DNA of 64,000 nt from Candidatus Omnitrophota bacterium (GTDB lineage Bacteria; Omnitrophota; Gorgyraeia; Gygaellales; Profunditerraquicolaceae): contig JBAZUE010000001.1 in assembly GCA_041661605.1 (NCBI GenBank), positions 734,928 through 798,927 of the forward strand. Direction: 5' to 3'. Positions 37,167 through 46,155 of the stretch are shown here, piece by piece. The notes below the pieces were generated by a model. It had not been told where the DNA came from. It ran no database searches and saw only the letters and a program-made list of their open reading frames with translations. The stretch's first letter is position 1. Each line of letters starts with the position of its first letter. A program made the translations under genes and the position numbers.

Positions 37167-37646
37167 TTAATAAGTCCTGGCCGATTCATGCTTGCGCCAA
37201 AAATTAAAAAGTTCGGTATTTTCTTTTACTGATATTGCCGGAGAGATCCTGACTTTACTTTTTGCCATCTGCCTTAACTGCAGGTTAGAAACCCGTAATT
37301 CATTAAAACCATAACTCTTGGCAACATTAATTGTACAGCCAAAAACAATACGCCGGATCCTTGCCCAATGGCAGGCCGCAAAACACATCGGGCACGGTTC
37401 ACACGTAGAATAAATAACGCAGCTGGACAAATCAACTTTCTTAAGCTTTTTACATGCCTGGCGGATTGCCGTTATTTCAGCATGAGCGGTAATATCGCTA
37501 TTTTCCCAGACAAGATTATGGCAGCAGGCAACGACCCTGCCTCCTTTCACAATGCAGGCGCCAAAAGGAGCCTGGCCCTTCTTTACCCCTTCTTTGGCCT
37601 TTTCTATAGCCATGCGCATAAATTTTTCATCCTGTTTTTTTATCAA
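37167..37646 (-). CDS. guaD: CDA-fold guanine deaminase (GuaD-like)
   Basis: Close by-eye match to Bacillus GuaD throughout: PFGACIVKGG, DITAHAEITAIRQACKKL, YSTCEPCPMCFAACHWARI, C-terminal FNFWRKHESARTY. A tRNA adenosine deaminase is the alternative. Confidence 0.65.
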   Translation of the reverse strand: MIKKQDEKFMRMAIEKAKEGVKKGQAPFGACIVKGGRVVACCHNLVWENSDITAHAEITAIRQACKKLKKVDLSSCVIYSTCEPCPMCFAACHWARIRRIVFGCTINVAKSYGFNELRVSNLQLRQMAKSKVRISPAISVKENTELFNFWRKHESARTY

Positions 37647-37650
37647 CTTT

Positions 37651-38562
37651 TCACCTTGCCTTACTGAATAGTAAACCCAATATACAGGACAAAGATGTCC
37701 CTAAATTAACCAGGATAGTCATTGCGCACATTCTTTCAAGCAGCAACCTGTTCTTATATGCCCCCCTGAGCATTAAAAATGCTACTGCCGCAGCGGCAAT
37801 CAATACAGGAAAATAAAAAAACGCGCTCTCCAAGGGCAGGCCTTTAGTTAATGCCAGCCAAAAACTTATCGCCGCGCAAACAACAAGCAAGGAATAAACA
37901 AAAGCACCTTTTCCCTCTCCCAGGCGTACCAATAAATTTCTTTTAGCCGCTTCTTTGTCCGCCAGGTAATCCGGGTATTCATTAATCAATATTATATTTA
38001 CCACGGCACAGACAACGGGTAATGATACAAAAAGAGCTAAAATATCAAACTTGGAAGCCTGGATATAGAATCCGGCAAGCACAGCTAAAAAACCAAAACT
38101 ATAAGCAATGAAAATCTCGCCTAAGCCTCTGCTCACCCAGCGCAGGGGCGGCTTAGAGTAAAATAACCCGCAGATTATTCCTGAAGCACCCAATAAAAGG
38201 GTCCATTCCCCGGTTTTAAAATAGAACTGCAGGATTGCTCCTATTGCCAGGGCCAGCAAAACAACCGCGCGGATAAGAACTTTTACTTTTCCCTCGGGAA
38301 TTAAATTCTTAACCAATACCTGGCTGCCGCCGCTAAACGGGTTTTTACCTAAGTATTGCGCCAGGCGGTCTTCTTTAATATCATAGACCTCTCCGCTGTA
38401 ATGGGCGGATAATTGTATAAGGATTGCACCCAATAAGCCCAGCCAGAAAATAGCCGGGCTAAATTGTCCCGTAAGCCGCTGCGCAAGCAGCGCTCCTAAA
38501 ATATAAGGCAGAATAACCACGCTTAGAAATGGAAGGCGCGAAAGCAAAATCCAATATTTCAT
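37651..38562 (-). CDS. UbiA-family aromatic prenyltransferase (MenA-like)
   Basis: About 8-9 TMs. Asp-rich motifs EVYDIKEDRL and NEYPDYLADKEAAKRNLLV, as in 1,4-dihydroxy-2-naphthoate prenyltransferases. Confidence 0.7.
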   Translation of the reverse strand: MKYWILLSRLPFLSVVILPYILGALLAQRLTGQFSPAIFWLGLLGAILIQLSAHYSGEVYDIKEDRLAQYLGKNPFSGGSQVLVKNLIPEGKVKVLIRAVVLLALAIGAILQFYFKTGEWTLLLGASGIICGLFYSKPPLRWVSRGLGEIFIAYSFGFLAVLAGFYIQASKFDILALFVSLPVVCAVVNIILINEYPDYLADKEAAKRNLLVRLGEGKGAFVYSLLVVCAAISFWLALTKGLPLESAFFYFPVLIAAAAVAFLMLRGAYKNRLLLERMCAMTILVNLGTSLSCILGLLFSKAR

Positions 38563-38729
38563 CAGGTCAAATCCTTATTATTGCTCCGACGGATAGCTTT
38601 CACCATACGCTCGTAAGCTTCCTGCGCTGACTTACCTTCGGTAAGGTGATCAAAGCAGACAGCGGCATACCCTTTGCGGTTTTTGATCTTGAAAATCTGT
38701 ACCTTAAGATGGCCGATCCTCTCCATCAT
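38562..38729 (-). CDS. small 55-aa protein, HicB/UPF0150-like pattern (tentative)
   Basis: Below the ORF-track size cut-off. My translation: MMERIGHLKVQIFKIKNRKGYAAVCFDHLTEGKSAQEAYERMVKAIRRSNNKDLT. The ATG is 2 nt after the upstream stop and the TGA shares its A with the downstream ATG (TGATG). It fills the whole gap. GY.A....L.EG.S..EA......AI resembles HicB-type antitoxin N-domains. Confidence 0.45.
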   Translation of the reverse strand: MMERIGHLKVQIFKIKNRKGYAAVCFDHLTEGKSAQEAYERMVKAIRRSNNKDLT

Positions 38730-38731
38730 AT

Positions 38732-39175
38732 TTACCTGCCTATATCCTCATTCCATATGCGCGGGTTATTTTTAATAAACTCCCTCATCAATTGCTTGCA
38801 ATCTGCTGAATCTAAATTGACGATTCTTACCCCTTTTCTTTTTGCATAATTCTCAGGGCCTTTGAAAGTTTTATTTTCCCCGATTACCACCTTGGGTATT
38901 TTATAAAGCAGTATTGCGCCCATGCACATATCGCAGGGTGAAAGAGTGGAATAAATAACACACTTTTTATAATCTGCGCTTTTTAATCTGCCGGCATTCT
39001 CCAGGCAATCCATCTCCGCATGCAAAATCGCCGAACTCTTTTGTATGCGCCGGTTATGGCCCCTGGCGATAATTAAACTGTCTTTAACCAATACCGCTCC
39101 GATAGGGATTCCCCGTTCAGCTAAACTTTTTTTCGCTTCTTTAATCGCCTCCTGCATGAATTTTTCCATAAACAC
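38732..39175 (-). CDS. Fcy1-type cytosine deaminase (CDA fold)
   Basis: Near-colinear by-eye match to yeast Fcy1: IPIGAVLV, RGHNRRIQKSSAILHAEMDCLENAGRL, YSTLSPCDMCMGAILLYKIPKVVIGEN, C-terminal NPRIWNEDIGR (Fcy1 has RPQDWFEDIGE). Confidence 0.7.
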   Translation of the reverse strand: MFMEKFMQEAIKEAKKSLAERGIPIGAVLVKDSLIIARGHNRRIQKSSAILHAEMDCLENAGRLKSADYKKCVIYSTLSPCDMCMGAILLYKIPKVVIGENKTFKGPENYAKRKGVRIVNLDSADCKQLMREFIKNNPRIWNEDIGR

Positions 39176-39646
39176 CTAACGCGATATTTTAATTATTTTA
39201 TATTTCAACAGGCCGGCCGGAACCTTTATTTCCACAACTTCATTTTCCTTATGCCCCAACAAACCTGCTCCCACCGGAGAAGTCACTGAAATCTTGTTTT
39301 GATTATAATCCGCCTCGAGCTCCGAAACCAGCGTATATTCCATCTCCTCTTCCGTATCCATGTCTGTCAACTTTACTTTCGCCCCGATTAATACTTGATC
39401 CTGGGGTATATCTTTATCCAGTATACGTGCCCGGGAAAGTTTCTCCTCAAGCTCTGCGATCTGCTTTTCATTATGCCCCTGGGCATCCTTAGCCGCATCA
39501 TACTCGGCATTCTCGCTGATATCGCCATGCGAGCGGGCTTCGCCTACCGCTTTAGAAAGCTGCCGGCGTTTAATCGTCTTTAAATGCTCCAGATCACTGA
39601 CTAATTTCTCATAACCTTCCTGAGTTAGATAAATATCTCCAGACAT
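39176..39646 (-). CDS. greA: transcription elongation factor GreA
   Basis: ATG 39646 has a perfect SD AAGGAG 6 nt upstream. YLTQEGYEKLVSDLEHL, GDISENAEYDAAKDAQ, and the C-terminal SPVGAGLLGHK block. Confidence 0.93.
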   Translation of the reverse strand: MSGDIYLTQEGYEKLVSDLEHLKTIKRRQLSKAVGEARSHGDISENAEYDAAKDAQGHNEKQIAELEEKLSRARILDKDIPQDQVLIGAKVKLTDMDTEEEMEYTLVSELEADYNQNKISVTSPVGAGLLGHKENEVVEIKVPAGLLKYKIIKISR

Positions 39647-39732
39647 GCTTAGCTCCTTTACCCACAAGGGTACACGACGCAGAAGCGTCGCACTTGTTTT
39701 TCAAATAAAACAATGTGCCGGCCACTCGTGTG

Positions 39733-41016
39733 TCAATCCGTTAACAGCTGCTTAATAACCTCAATATTCCTTCTGGTTGCGCCCCTGTTACTGACGATTA
39801 AATCATACGCGCGCTCAACCAGTTGTTTAGCCAGTAAACTGCTTTCCAGTATTTCTTTTGCCTTCGCTGCCAGTTCATCGGCATCATGAACCATAATACC
39901 GGCTTTCTTTTCCAGAAACAGACGGCTGATATCCCGGAAATTATGCATATACGGGCCGAAAAATACCGGTTTTCTTTGGCTGGCCGGCTCAAGGATATTG
40001 TGCCCGCCGGTTTTGACCAGGCTGCCGCCGACAAAGACAATATCCGCCGCAGAATAATAATTTAACAACTCGCCCATAACATCAAGGATGAATACGGGAT
40101 GGTTTATGCAAGTAGGACATGAGCCGGATATATTCGAAACAAATACCGGCATAAAATGATTATCCGAAACCAACCTGCCTATATCCTCGCTGCGTTCCGG
40201 TTTCCGCGGGGCAAGAAGGAGTTTCAGTTTTGGGAAACTGACTAAAATCTTCTTATAGGCCTTAATAATTATTTCTTCTTCATGCGCATGCGTACTGCCG
40301 CAAACCCATAATTTATCATCTAAGCCCAGCCAAAGCTTCTGCCGGAATACCAAAGTATCCAGCCCTGCCATCGTCTCCAAATTAATGTCAAACTTTACAT
40401 TCCCGGTAACCTGGATATTTTCTTTAGCCACACCCAGACTCTTCAGGCGCGCCTCATCAATATCTGATTGCACGCAGAACTGCCTGACCCTGCGCAAAAT
40501 CGGCCGGATCAATAATTTTATCGCACGGTAGCCGGAATAAGAACCGTCTGAAATCCTGCCGTTAACTGTCACAACCGGTATATTCTGTTTATACAAACAG
40601 GTAATTAAATTCGGCCAGATCTCAGTTTCGACGATGATAAACAAACAGGGGTTAACTTTTTTAATTACTTTTCTCACAATAAAGCTAAAATCCAGCGGAA
40701 GATAGGTCAAAAGGTCGCCATCGTTGACTAAACCTCTGGCAATCTTATTACCTGTGGCAGTTACCGTAGAGATAACTATTTTTTTATTAGGATAGGCCTT
40801 TCTTAATTCATCAACCAGCCCTTTTATTGAAACAGCCTCTCCCACGCTTACCGCATGGACCCAGATAGGCCTGTCCAGGTTTAAACCATCCGGCAAAGAT
40901 CCCAGCCTCCTGAAGAAACCCCGGTGAAACTTACCCTTGAATAAATATACCGGCAGGTAAACCAAAACAAAGATTAAGAATATAAAATCATATATTATAA
41001 ACATCTCCATCCCCAC
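39733..41016 (-). CDS. waaA: 3-deoxy-D-manno-octulosonic acid transferase
   Basis: N-terminal TM, WVHAVSVGEAVS motif, and GGSLVKTGGHNILEPA near the C-terminus. Confidence 0.88.
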   Translation of the reverse strand: MGMEMFIIYDFIFLIFVLVYLPVYLFKGKFHRGFFRRLGSLPDGLNLDRPIWVHAVSVGEAVSIKGLVDELRKAYPNKKIVISTVTATGNKIARGLVNDGDLLTYLPLDFSFIVRKVIKKVNPCLFIIVETEIWPNLITCLYKQNIPVVTVNGRISDGSYSGYRAIKLLIRPILRRVRQFCVQSDIDEARLKSLGVAKENIQVTGNVKFDINLETMAGLDTLVFRQKLWLGLDDKLWVCGSTHAHEEEIIIKAYKKILVSFPKLKLLLAPRKPERSEDIGRLVSDNHFMPVFVSNISGSCPTCINHPVFILDVMGELLNYYSAADIVFVGGSLVKTGGHNILEPASQRKPVFFGPYMHNFRDISRLFLEKKAGIMVHDADELAAKAKEILESSLLAKQLVERAYDLIVSNRGATRRNIEVIKQLLTD

Positions 41017-41034
41017 CTGATATCTGCTGCTGTT

Positions 41035-41910
41035 CTACGCATGCGGATGCGCCTTATCATAAACACTCTTTAATTTTTCAGTTGTTAAATGCGTATAAAT
41101 CTGCGTCGTAGAAAGGTTGGCATGACCCAGGAGCTCCTGCACCGTACGCAGGTCCGCCCCGCGGTTTAAAAGATGCGTGGCAAAAGAATGCCGGAAGGTA
41201 TGGGCGGAGACTCCCGGTTTTATTTCAGCCAATTTCAAATATTTCCCCAGGGCGAAACGGACCCCGCGCGTAGTAATGCGCGATGAGTTTTTATTTAAGA
41301 ATATCGCGGTAGACTGTTTTTTCCTTTTATCCAAATACTTTCTGATAGCCAAAAGCGCTGACTCCCCCATAGGCACAATTCTTTCCTTTTTCCCCTTGCC
41401 CCTGATCTTTACAATGCCGCTGATAAAATCAATATCTTCTGAATTCAAACCCACCAGCTCCGAAATACGCAGGCCGCTGGAGTAAAATGCCTCCAGGATT
41501 GCCCGGTCGCGTAGACCCAAAACATCTTTGTCGTTCTTGGCAAAAGCTGATTCGATAAGCTTCTTAACCTCATCCTCGGTCATAAAAGAAGGTAAATGCT
41601 TATCCAGTTTCGGGCTTGAGAGCATAAGGATGGGGTTTGTCTTAATGTAGCCCTCGCGGGACAAAAATCTGAAGAAACTGCGCAAAGCTGAAAGCCGGCG
41701 GCCGACTGTACGATTGCCTAAATTCTTTTCTTTTAAAACCGCCAGGTATTTCCTGAGCGACAGGTAATCTATCTTTTCCAATTCTGTGCCGGCAAGAAAT
41801 CTCCCAAAATCCTCAAGGTCCAGTTTATAGTTAATAACCGTGTGTACTGAATAATTCTTTTCTATCTCCAGGTAGCGGACAAATTTCTCAATATATTTAT
41901 CCATTTTCAT
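41035..41910 (-). CDS. xerC: tyrosine recombinase XerC/XerD family
   Basis: SAM-like N-domain (YLEIEKNYSVHTVINYKLDL) and catalytic R...HxxR...Y (GLRISELVGL; HTFRHSFATHLL; LGHANLSTTQIYTHL). dprA-topA-xerC order as in Bacillus. The XerC versus XerD assignment is not certain. Confidence 0.8.
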   Translation of the reverse strand: MKMDKYIEKFVRYLEIEKNYSVHTVINYKLDLEDFGRFLAGTELEKIDYLSLRKYLAVLKEKNLGNRTVGRRLSALRSFFRFLSREGYIKTNPILMLSSPKLDKHLPSFMTEDEVKKLIESAFAKNDKDVLGLRDRAILEAFYSSGLRISELVGLNSEDIDFISGIVKIRGKGKKERIVPMGESALLAIRKYLDKRKKQSTAIFLNKNSSRITTRGVRFALGKYLKLAEIKPGVSAHTFRHSFATHLLNRGADLRTVQELLGHANLSTTQIYTHLTTEKLKSVYDKAHPHA

Positions 41911-43900
41911 CTTTGGTTTCCGGTAAGTTGCGCGAGGTAAATGTACACTTGGGAAAGTTTGAACAACCATAGAAGAAACCGCGCTTTGACCTGCGTTCGA
42001 TCAATTCCCCTCCGCAATTCTCCGCCGGGCATTTAACTCCGGAGGTAATAGACTTTGAATTCTTGCACGCCGGAAAACCCGAACAACTCAGGAATTTACC
42101 GCGCCGGCCCCACTTTATGATAAAAGGCTTGCCGCATTTATCGCAAATCTGATCGGTAGTAATAACTTCCTTTTTTATATTTGCCTGGGCAAAATCCAGG
42201 CTCTCTTTGAAAGGCGCGTAAAATTCATTTAATACTTCAATGCGCTTAAGCCTTCCTTCTTCAATTTCATCCAGTTTCTCCTCCATAAGCGCGGTAAACT
42301 TAACATCTATGATCTTCGGGAAATATTCTACCAGCATGTCGCTTACCTTAAAACCCAGCTCCGTGGGATTAAGATAACCTTTAATCCGGCGCACATAATC
42401 ACGCAAAATAAGCGTATAAATTATCGGCGCGTAAGTTGAAGGCCGACCAATCCCCTCCTCTTCCAGCGCCTTGATTAAAGAGCTATCCGAAAACCTCGGC
42501 GGCGGCTTGGTAAAATGTTGGGAAGGAGTAAGTTTATTTAAACCAAGGATTTCGCCTTGAGCTAAAGGAGGAACCACATTTTTGGCTTTTTCTTTCTCAT
42601 TCTCTTCGCCTTCTTTTTCTTCCTCCTCTTCCTTGCTATAAGCGGCCAGAAAACCTTCAAAAAGCAAGTGGCTTCCATTAGCTACAAATAAATATTTATC
42701 CGCGGCGATATCCACAGAAGTAGCCAAAAACTCCGCCGGCTTCATCTGACTGGCTAAGAAACGGTTATAGATAAGTTCATATAAACGGAACTGATCATGA
42801 TTAAGAAAATCCTTCATGCTCTCCGGAGAACGCGAAACATAGCTTGGCCGGATTGCCTCATGCGCCTGTTGAGCTGATTTCTTGGCCTTAAAAACATTGG
42901 GTTTTTCCGGGAGAAAATCCTTGCCAAAAATCCTGCCGATATGCTCACGTACTTCAACAATCGCCTCCGGAGCGGTATTCGGCGAATCCGTACGCATATA
43001 AGTAATTAAGCCTAACGGGTTATCTCCGCCGATATCAATACCTTCATAAAGCTGCTGCGCCACCAGCATAGTCTTGGAAGCATTAAACCTTAATTTATTA
43101 AAAGCCTCCTGCTGCATAGTACTGGTAATAAATGGAGCGGAAGAATAGCGCTTTTTCTCTGTTTGTTTAACCTCCAGAACCTTAAACTCCTTGTCTTTTA
43201 GCTGGTTTACAATCTCTTCTGCATCCTCTTTAGTCTTAATCTCAGCTTTCTTACCATCTATCTTTTCAAGCTTAGCGCAAAAATTACTCTCTCCGGAAAC
43301 TTTGGGCTTAAATAACTCCGCGGCAATCTCCCAATATTCGCTGGCAGTAAACGCCTGGATCTGACGCTCCCTTTCTACAATCAGCCTTAAGGCTACTGAT
43401 TGCACGCGCCCTGCGCTTAAACCCCGGGCAAGCTTTTTCCATAGTAAGGGACTCAAAAAATATCCCACAATACGGTCCAATATCCTGCGGCCTACTTGAG
43501 CCTCAATCATATTGGTGTCAAATTCACGCGCGGCTTTAAAAGCCTCGCCTACTGCATGCGGCGTAATCTCATGGAAACTTACACGTAATACATCCTTGCC
43601 TTTAAAAACCCTTTCTTTTATCTGCCAGCCGATTGCCTCTCCTTCCCGGTCAGGATCGGTAGCCACATATATCTTCTCTTTTGCCTTAGCCTCTTTTCTC
43701 AGTTGAGTTAACAATTTTTTCCTGGCGGGAATAACCACATATTCCGGTTTAAATTTGTTATCTACATCTACCCCCAGCTCTTTTTGCGGCAGGTCAATAA
43801 TATGACCCATAGAAGAAACCACGCTAAAATCCGGACCCAGAATTTTACCTATGGTTTTGGCCTTTGTAGGCGACTCAACAATAACCAGATTTTTGCTCAT
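41897..43900 (-). CDS. topA: DNA topoisomerase I
   Basis: TOPRIM N-terminus LVIVESPTKAKTIGKIL, ITYMRTDS active-site Tyr region, and C-terminal CxxC zinc ribbons (CDKCGKP, CPAENCGG). Confidence 0.96.
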   Translation of the reverse strand: MSKNLVIVESPTKAKTIGKILGPDFSVVSSMGHIIDLPQKELGVDVDNKFKPEYVVIPARKKLLTQLRKEAKAKEKIYVATDPDREGEAIGWQIKERVFKGKDVLRVSFHEITPHAVGEAFKAAREFDTNMIEAQVGRRILDRIVGYFLSPLLWKKLARGLSAGRVQSVALRLIVERERQIQAFTASEYWEIAAELFKPKVSGESNFCAKLEKIDGKKAEIKTKEDAEEIVNQLKDKEFKVLEVKQTEKKRYSSAPFITSTMQQEAFNKLRFNASKTMLVAQQLYEGIDIGGDNPLGLITYMRTDSPNTAPEAIVEVREHIGRIFGKDFLPEKPNVFKAKKSAQQAHEAIRPSYVSRSPESMKDFLNHDQFRLYELIYNRFLASQMKPAEFLATSVDIAADKYLFVANGSHLLFEGFLAAYSKEEEEEKEGEENEKEKAKNVVPPLAQGEILGLNKLTPSQHFTKPPPRFSDSSLIKALEEEGIGRPSTYAPIIYTLILRDYVRRIKGYLNPTELGFKVSDMLVEYFPKIIDVKFTALMEEKLDEIEEGRLKRIEVLNEFYAPFKESLDFAQANIKKEVITTDQICDKCGKPFIIKWGRRGKFLSCSGFPACKNSKSITSGVKCPAENCGGELIERRSKRGFFYGCSNFPKCTFTSRNLPETKDENG

Positions 43901-45004
43901 TTAGCTCCTTATAAACTGCTTACCCGGCAATTCCTTGATTAATTTCTTAAATTGTAATTTTAAAATCAGGGTTGAAATTTTGCTGCTGGTCAAAGATGTT
44001 TGCTCTGCTAAATCGTCGATTGCCACGGCCTTTCGGCTTATGCAATTATAAATCATATCTTCTTCTTTTACAGATAAATTATTTTCTTCTATGTTTTCAC
44101 TCCGCTTTACTACAGAAGGCTCATCTTTACCCGAAACGCTTAAAGCTAAATTCAGTTCTTCGAGTATATCTTCGCTGGAGGTAACCAGCTTTGCGCCTTG
44201 CTTAAGCAACTCATTAGTCCCCATTGAACCGCAGGAATCAATCCTGCCCGGTAAAGCAAAAACCTCTCTGCCCTGCTCCAAAGCAAAATCCACGGTAATT
44301 AAGGCCCCGCTGTTTTTGGCTGCCTCGGTAACCAGGACCCCCAAACTCAAACCGCTGATCAGGCGGTTGCGCCGCGGGAAATTCTGCGCCAAAGGTTTTG
44401 TATCCATGGGAAATTCAGAAACCACTGCTCCGCTCTTGGCAATCTGTGCGGCCAGGGGCCGGTTCTCCGCAGGATAAATATGATTAAAACCGCTTCCCAT
44501 TACCGCGATTGTGCGTCCGGAAACTTTTAAGGCTCCGCGATGGGCATAAGTGTCTACGCCCCGGGCCATACCCGAAACAATAGTCAAGTTGTTTAAAGCC
44601 ATCTCCGCGGCGAATTTTTCCGCGCTGCTTAATCCATAAAGAGAAGCCCGGCGGCTGCCGACAATACCCAGGCTTAAATTATCCTCCCGGGTTATTTTAC
44701 CCGAAACATAAAGCACAATCGGTAAACCGGATATTTGCTTTAAGTTTTGCGGATAATCCGCGTCAAAGAGCGTGACAATCTCAATGCCTGCTTTTTTAGC
44801 TTGAGCCAAATCAGTATCTAAAACCCTGCTATCAAATTCAACAATATCCCGGCTGATCCGGCTGCCTACAACCGCTTCCAGACTCTGACGGCTGGCTTTA
44901 AATATATCTTGCGGCTTATTGAAATACTTAAGTAAATTTCCTAAACGTACACTGCCGATCTGGGGGATAAAGTTTAAGCTTACCAGAGACTCAAAATCAT
45001 TCAT
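43901..45004 (-). CDS. dprA: DNA-processing protein DprA (Smf)
   Basis: IVGSRRASLYG, SGMARGVDTYAHRGAL, FPRRNRLISGLS blocks. Immediately upstream of topA in the transcription direction. Confidence 0.9.
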   Translation of the reverse strand: MNDFESLVSLNFIPQIGSVRLGNLLKYFNKPQDIFKASRQSLEAVVGSRISRDIVEFDSRVLDTDLAQAKKAGIEIVTLFDADYPQNLKQISGLPIVLYVSGKITREDNLSLGIVGSRRASLYGLSSAEKFAAEMALNNLTIVSGMARGVDTYAHRGALKVSGRTIAVMGSGFNHIYPAENRPLAAQIAKSGAVVSEFPMDTKPLAQNFPRRNRLISGLSLGVLVTEAAKNSGALITVDFALEQGREVFALPGRIDSCGSMGTNELLKQGAKLVTSSEDILEELNLALSVSGKDEPSVVKRSENIEENNLSVKEEDMIYNCISRKAVAIDDLAEQTSLTSSKISTLILKLQFKKLIKELPGKQFIRS

Positions 45005-45507
45005 CTTTTTCCGGCAAGTATTTTAGATATTTTCCCAACCACCTGTTTAACCGTTAAATGCGACGTATCAATTATTTTATCGGCTTGCATATAATAAGGC
45101 GCGCGCATTTTCAATAGAAGCTCTATGCGTTTCTGAGGTTTATCTACATTTAAAAGCGGCCGGTCTTTATTCGCAGAAACCCTTTTTAGTATCTCTTCAG
45201 GGGCAGCATAAAGGCAGATCATCATCCCGGTTTTCTTCATCAGTTTGATATTGTCTTTATCTAAAACCACCCCGCCGCCGCAGGCAACCACAAACCGTTT
45301 TTGGGTAGAAACCTGTTTTAAAACCTTTTTCTCGATTTTACGGAAATACGCCTCGCCTTCTTTTGCGAAAATATCCACAATCCTGCGCTGCTCCTGTAAT
45401 TCAATCAATTCATCCAAATCAACAAAGCTTGCCCCTCTCTCTTTAGCCAGTTGGCGGCCGACAGAGGTTTTTCCGGTACCCATAAATCCTACTAAATAAA
45501 TATTCAT
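45001..45507 (-). CDS. aroK: shikimate kinase
   Basis: MNIYLVGFMGTGKTSVGRQLA P-loop, CGGGVV, 168 aa. Confidence 0.9.
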   Translation of the reverse strand: MNIYLVGFMGTGKTSVGRQLAKERGASFVDLDELIELQEQRRIVDIFAKEGEAYFRKIEKKVLKQVSTQKRFVVACGGGVVLDKDNIKLMKKTGMMICLYAAPEEILKRVSANKDRPLLNVDKPQKRIELLLKMRAPYYMQADKIIDTSHLTVKQVVGKISKILAGKR

Positions 45508-45515
45508 CTTATGCG

Positions 45516-45539
45516 GGGGCGGTCTTTAAGGACCGCCCC
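45516..45539 (-). promoter_or_regulatory. GC-rich 9-bp perfect hairpin between spoVG and aroK (terminator-like but with no U-tract)
   Basis: GGGGCGGTC-6 nt loop-GACCGCCCC. On the minus strand it ends 8 nt before the aroK ATG, where an SD would be expected. Confidence 0.3.
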
Positions 45540-45546
45540 ATACTGG

Positions 45547-45798
45547 CTAACTGTTATATGCTTCTAGTACTACTTGGCTTAACTGCTGTTTTAACTCTTT
45601 GGTAACAGGATAAACTGTGTTGTACCATTTTCCATCTTTGCCTTGATGGCGCGGCATACTCACGAATAAACCCTTACTGCCATTTACCACGCTAAAGCCC
45701 TTGACCACAATCCCTGAGATTGAAACATCGACAAAAGCCTTAAGCTTTGAATCAGTGTCTAACTTACAGACACGGCTGACGCTTATCGCCTTCTCCAT
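45547..45798 (-). CDS. spoVG: SpoVG-family protein
   Basis: ATG 45798 has SD AAAGGGGTGA. KLKAFVDVSISGIVVKGFSVVNGSKGLFVSMPRHQGKDGKWYNTVYPVTKELKQQL parallels Bacillus SpoVG ([48 protein letters not shown]). Confidence 0.75.
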   Translation of the reverse strand: MEKAISVSRVCKLDTDSKLKAFVDVSISGIVVKGFSVVNGSKGLFVSMPRHQGKDGKWYNTVYPVTKELKQQLSQVVLEAYNS

Positions 45799-45867
45799 TT
45801 TTATCACCCCTTTCTGCGGCAATAGACGAAAGGAGCGGGATTATCTAACTCTAAATCTTTTAAGAAA

Positions 45868-46155
45868 TCAAAAAGCGGTTTCGGTATAGATATCAAAACG
45901 GTTGATATCCTTGCCTACCTGATCATACTCCAGGTCATCAATAGTTTTTTTAAATGCCTTAGTGGCTCCCGAAGGCAGCCCGTTAACCGTAAAGACCATA
46001 TTGGCTACAGTTACATTCCGGATAAAAAGCACAACACGCACTCCCACGGTAGCATAAGATTTATCGCCATGATTAGAAACTTCGCCCTTAACGACTACCT
46101 CTTTAGAGCTGTCGGATTTCTCAATCACTATATTATGGTAACTAAGATTAGGCAT
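45868..46155 (-). CDS. hypothetical small beta-rich protein
   Basis: 95 aa, alternating-polarity strands (VVVKGEVSNHGDKSYATVGVRVVLF), 8-nt overlap with the aroC 3' end. No motif recognised. Confidence 0.4.
   Translation of the reverse strand: MPNLSYHNIVIEKSDSSKEVVVKGEVSNHGDKSYATVGVRVVLFIRNVTVANMVFTVNGLPSGATKAFKKTIDDLEYDQVGKDINRFDIYTETAF

Noticed and set aside
41035-41970. Tyrosine recombinase as a marker of an integrated mobile element
   Set aside because: No flanking tRNA, direct repeats, phage or transposon genes are present. The dprA-topA-xerC order is a conserved chromosomal arrangement, so this is most likely the housekeeping dimer-resolution recombinase.
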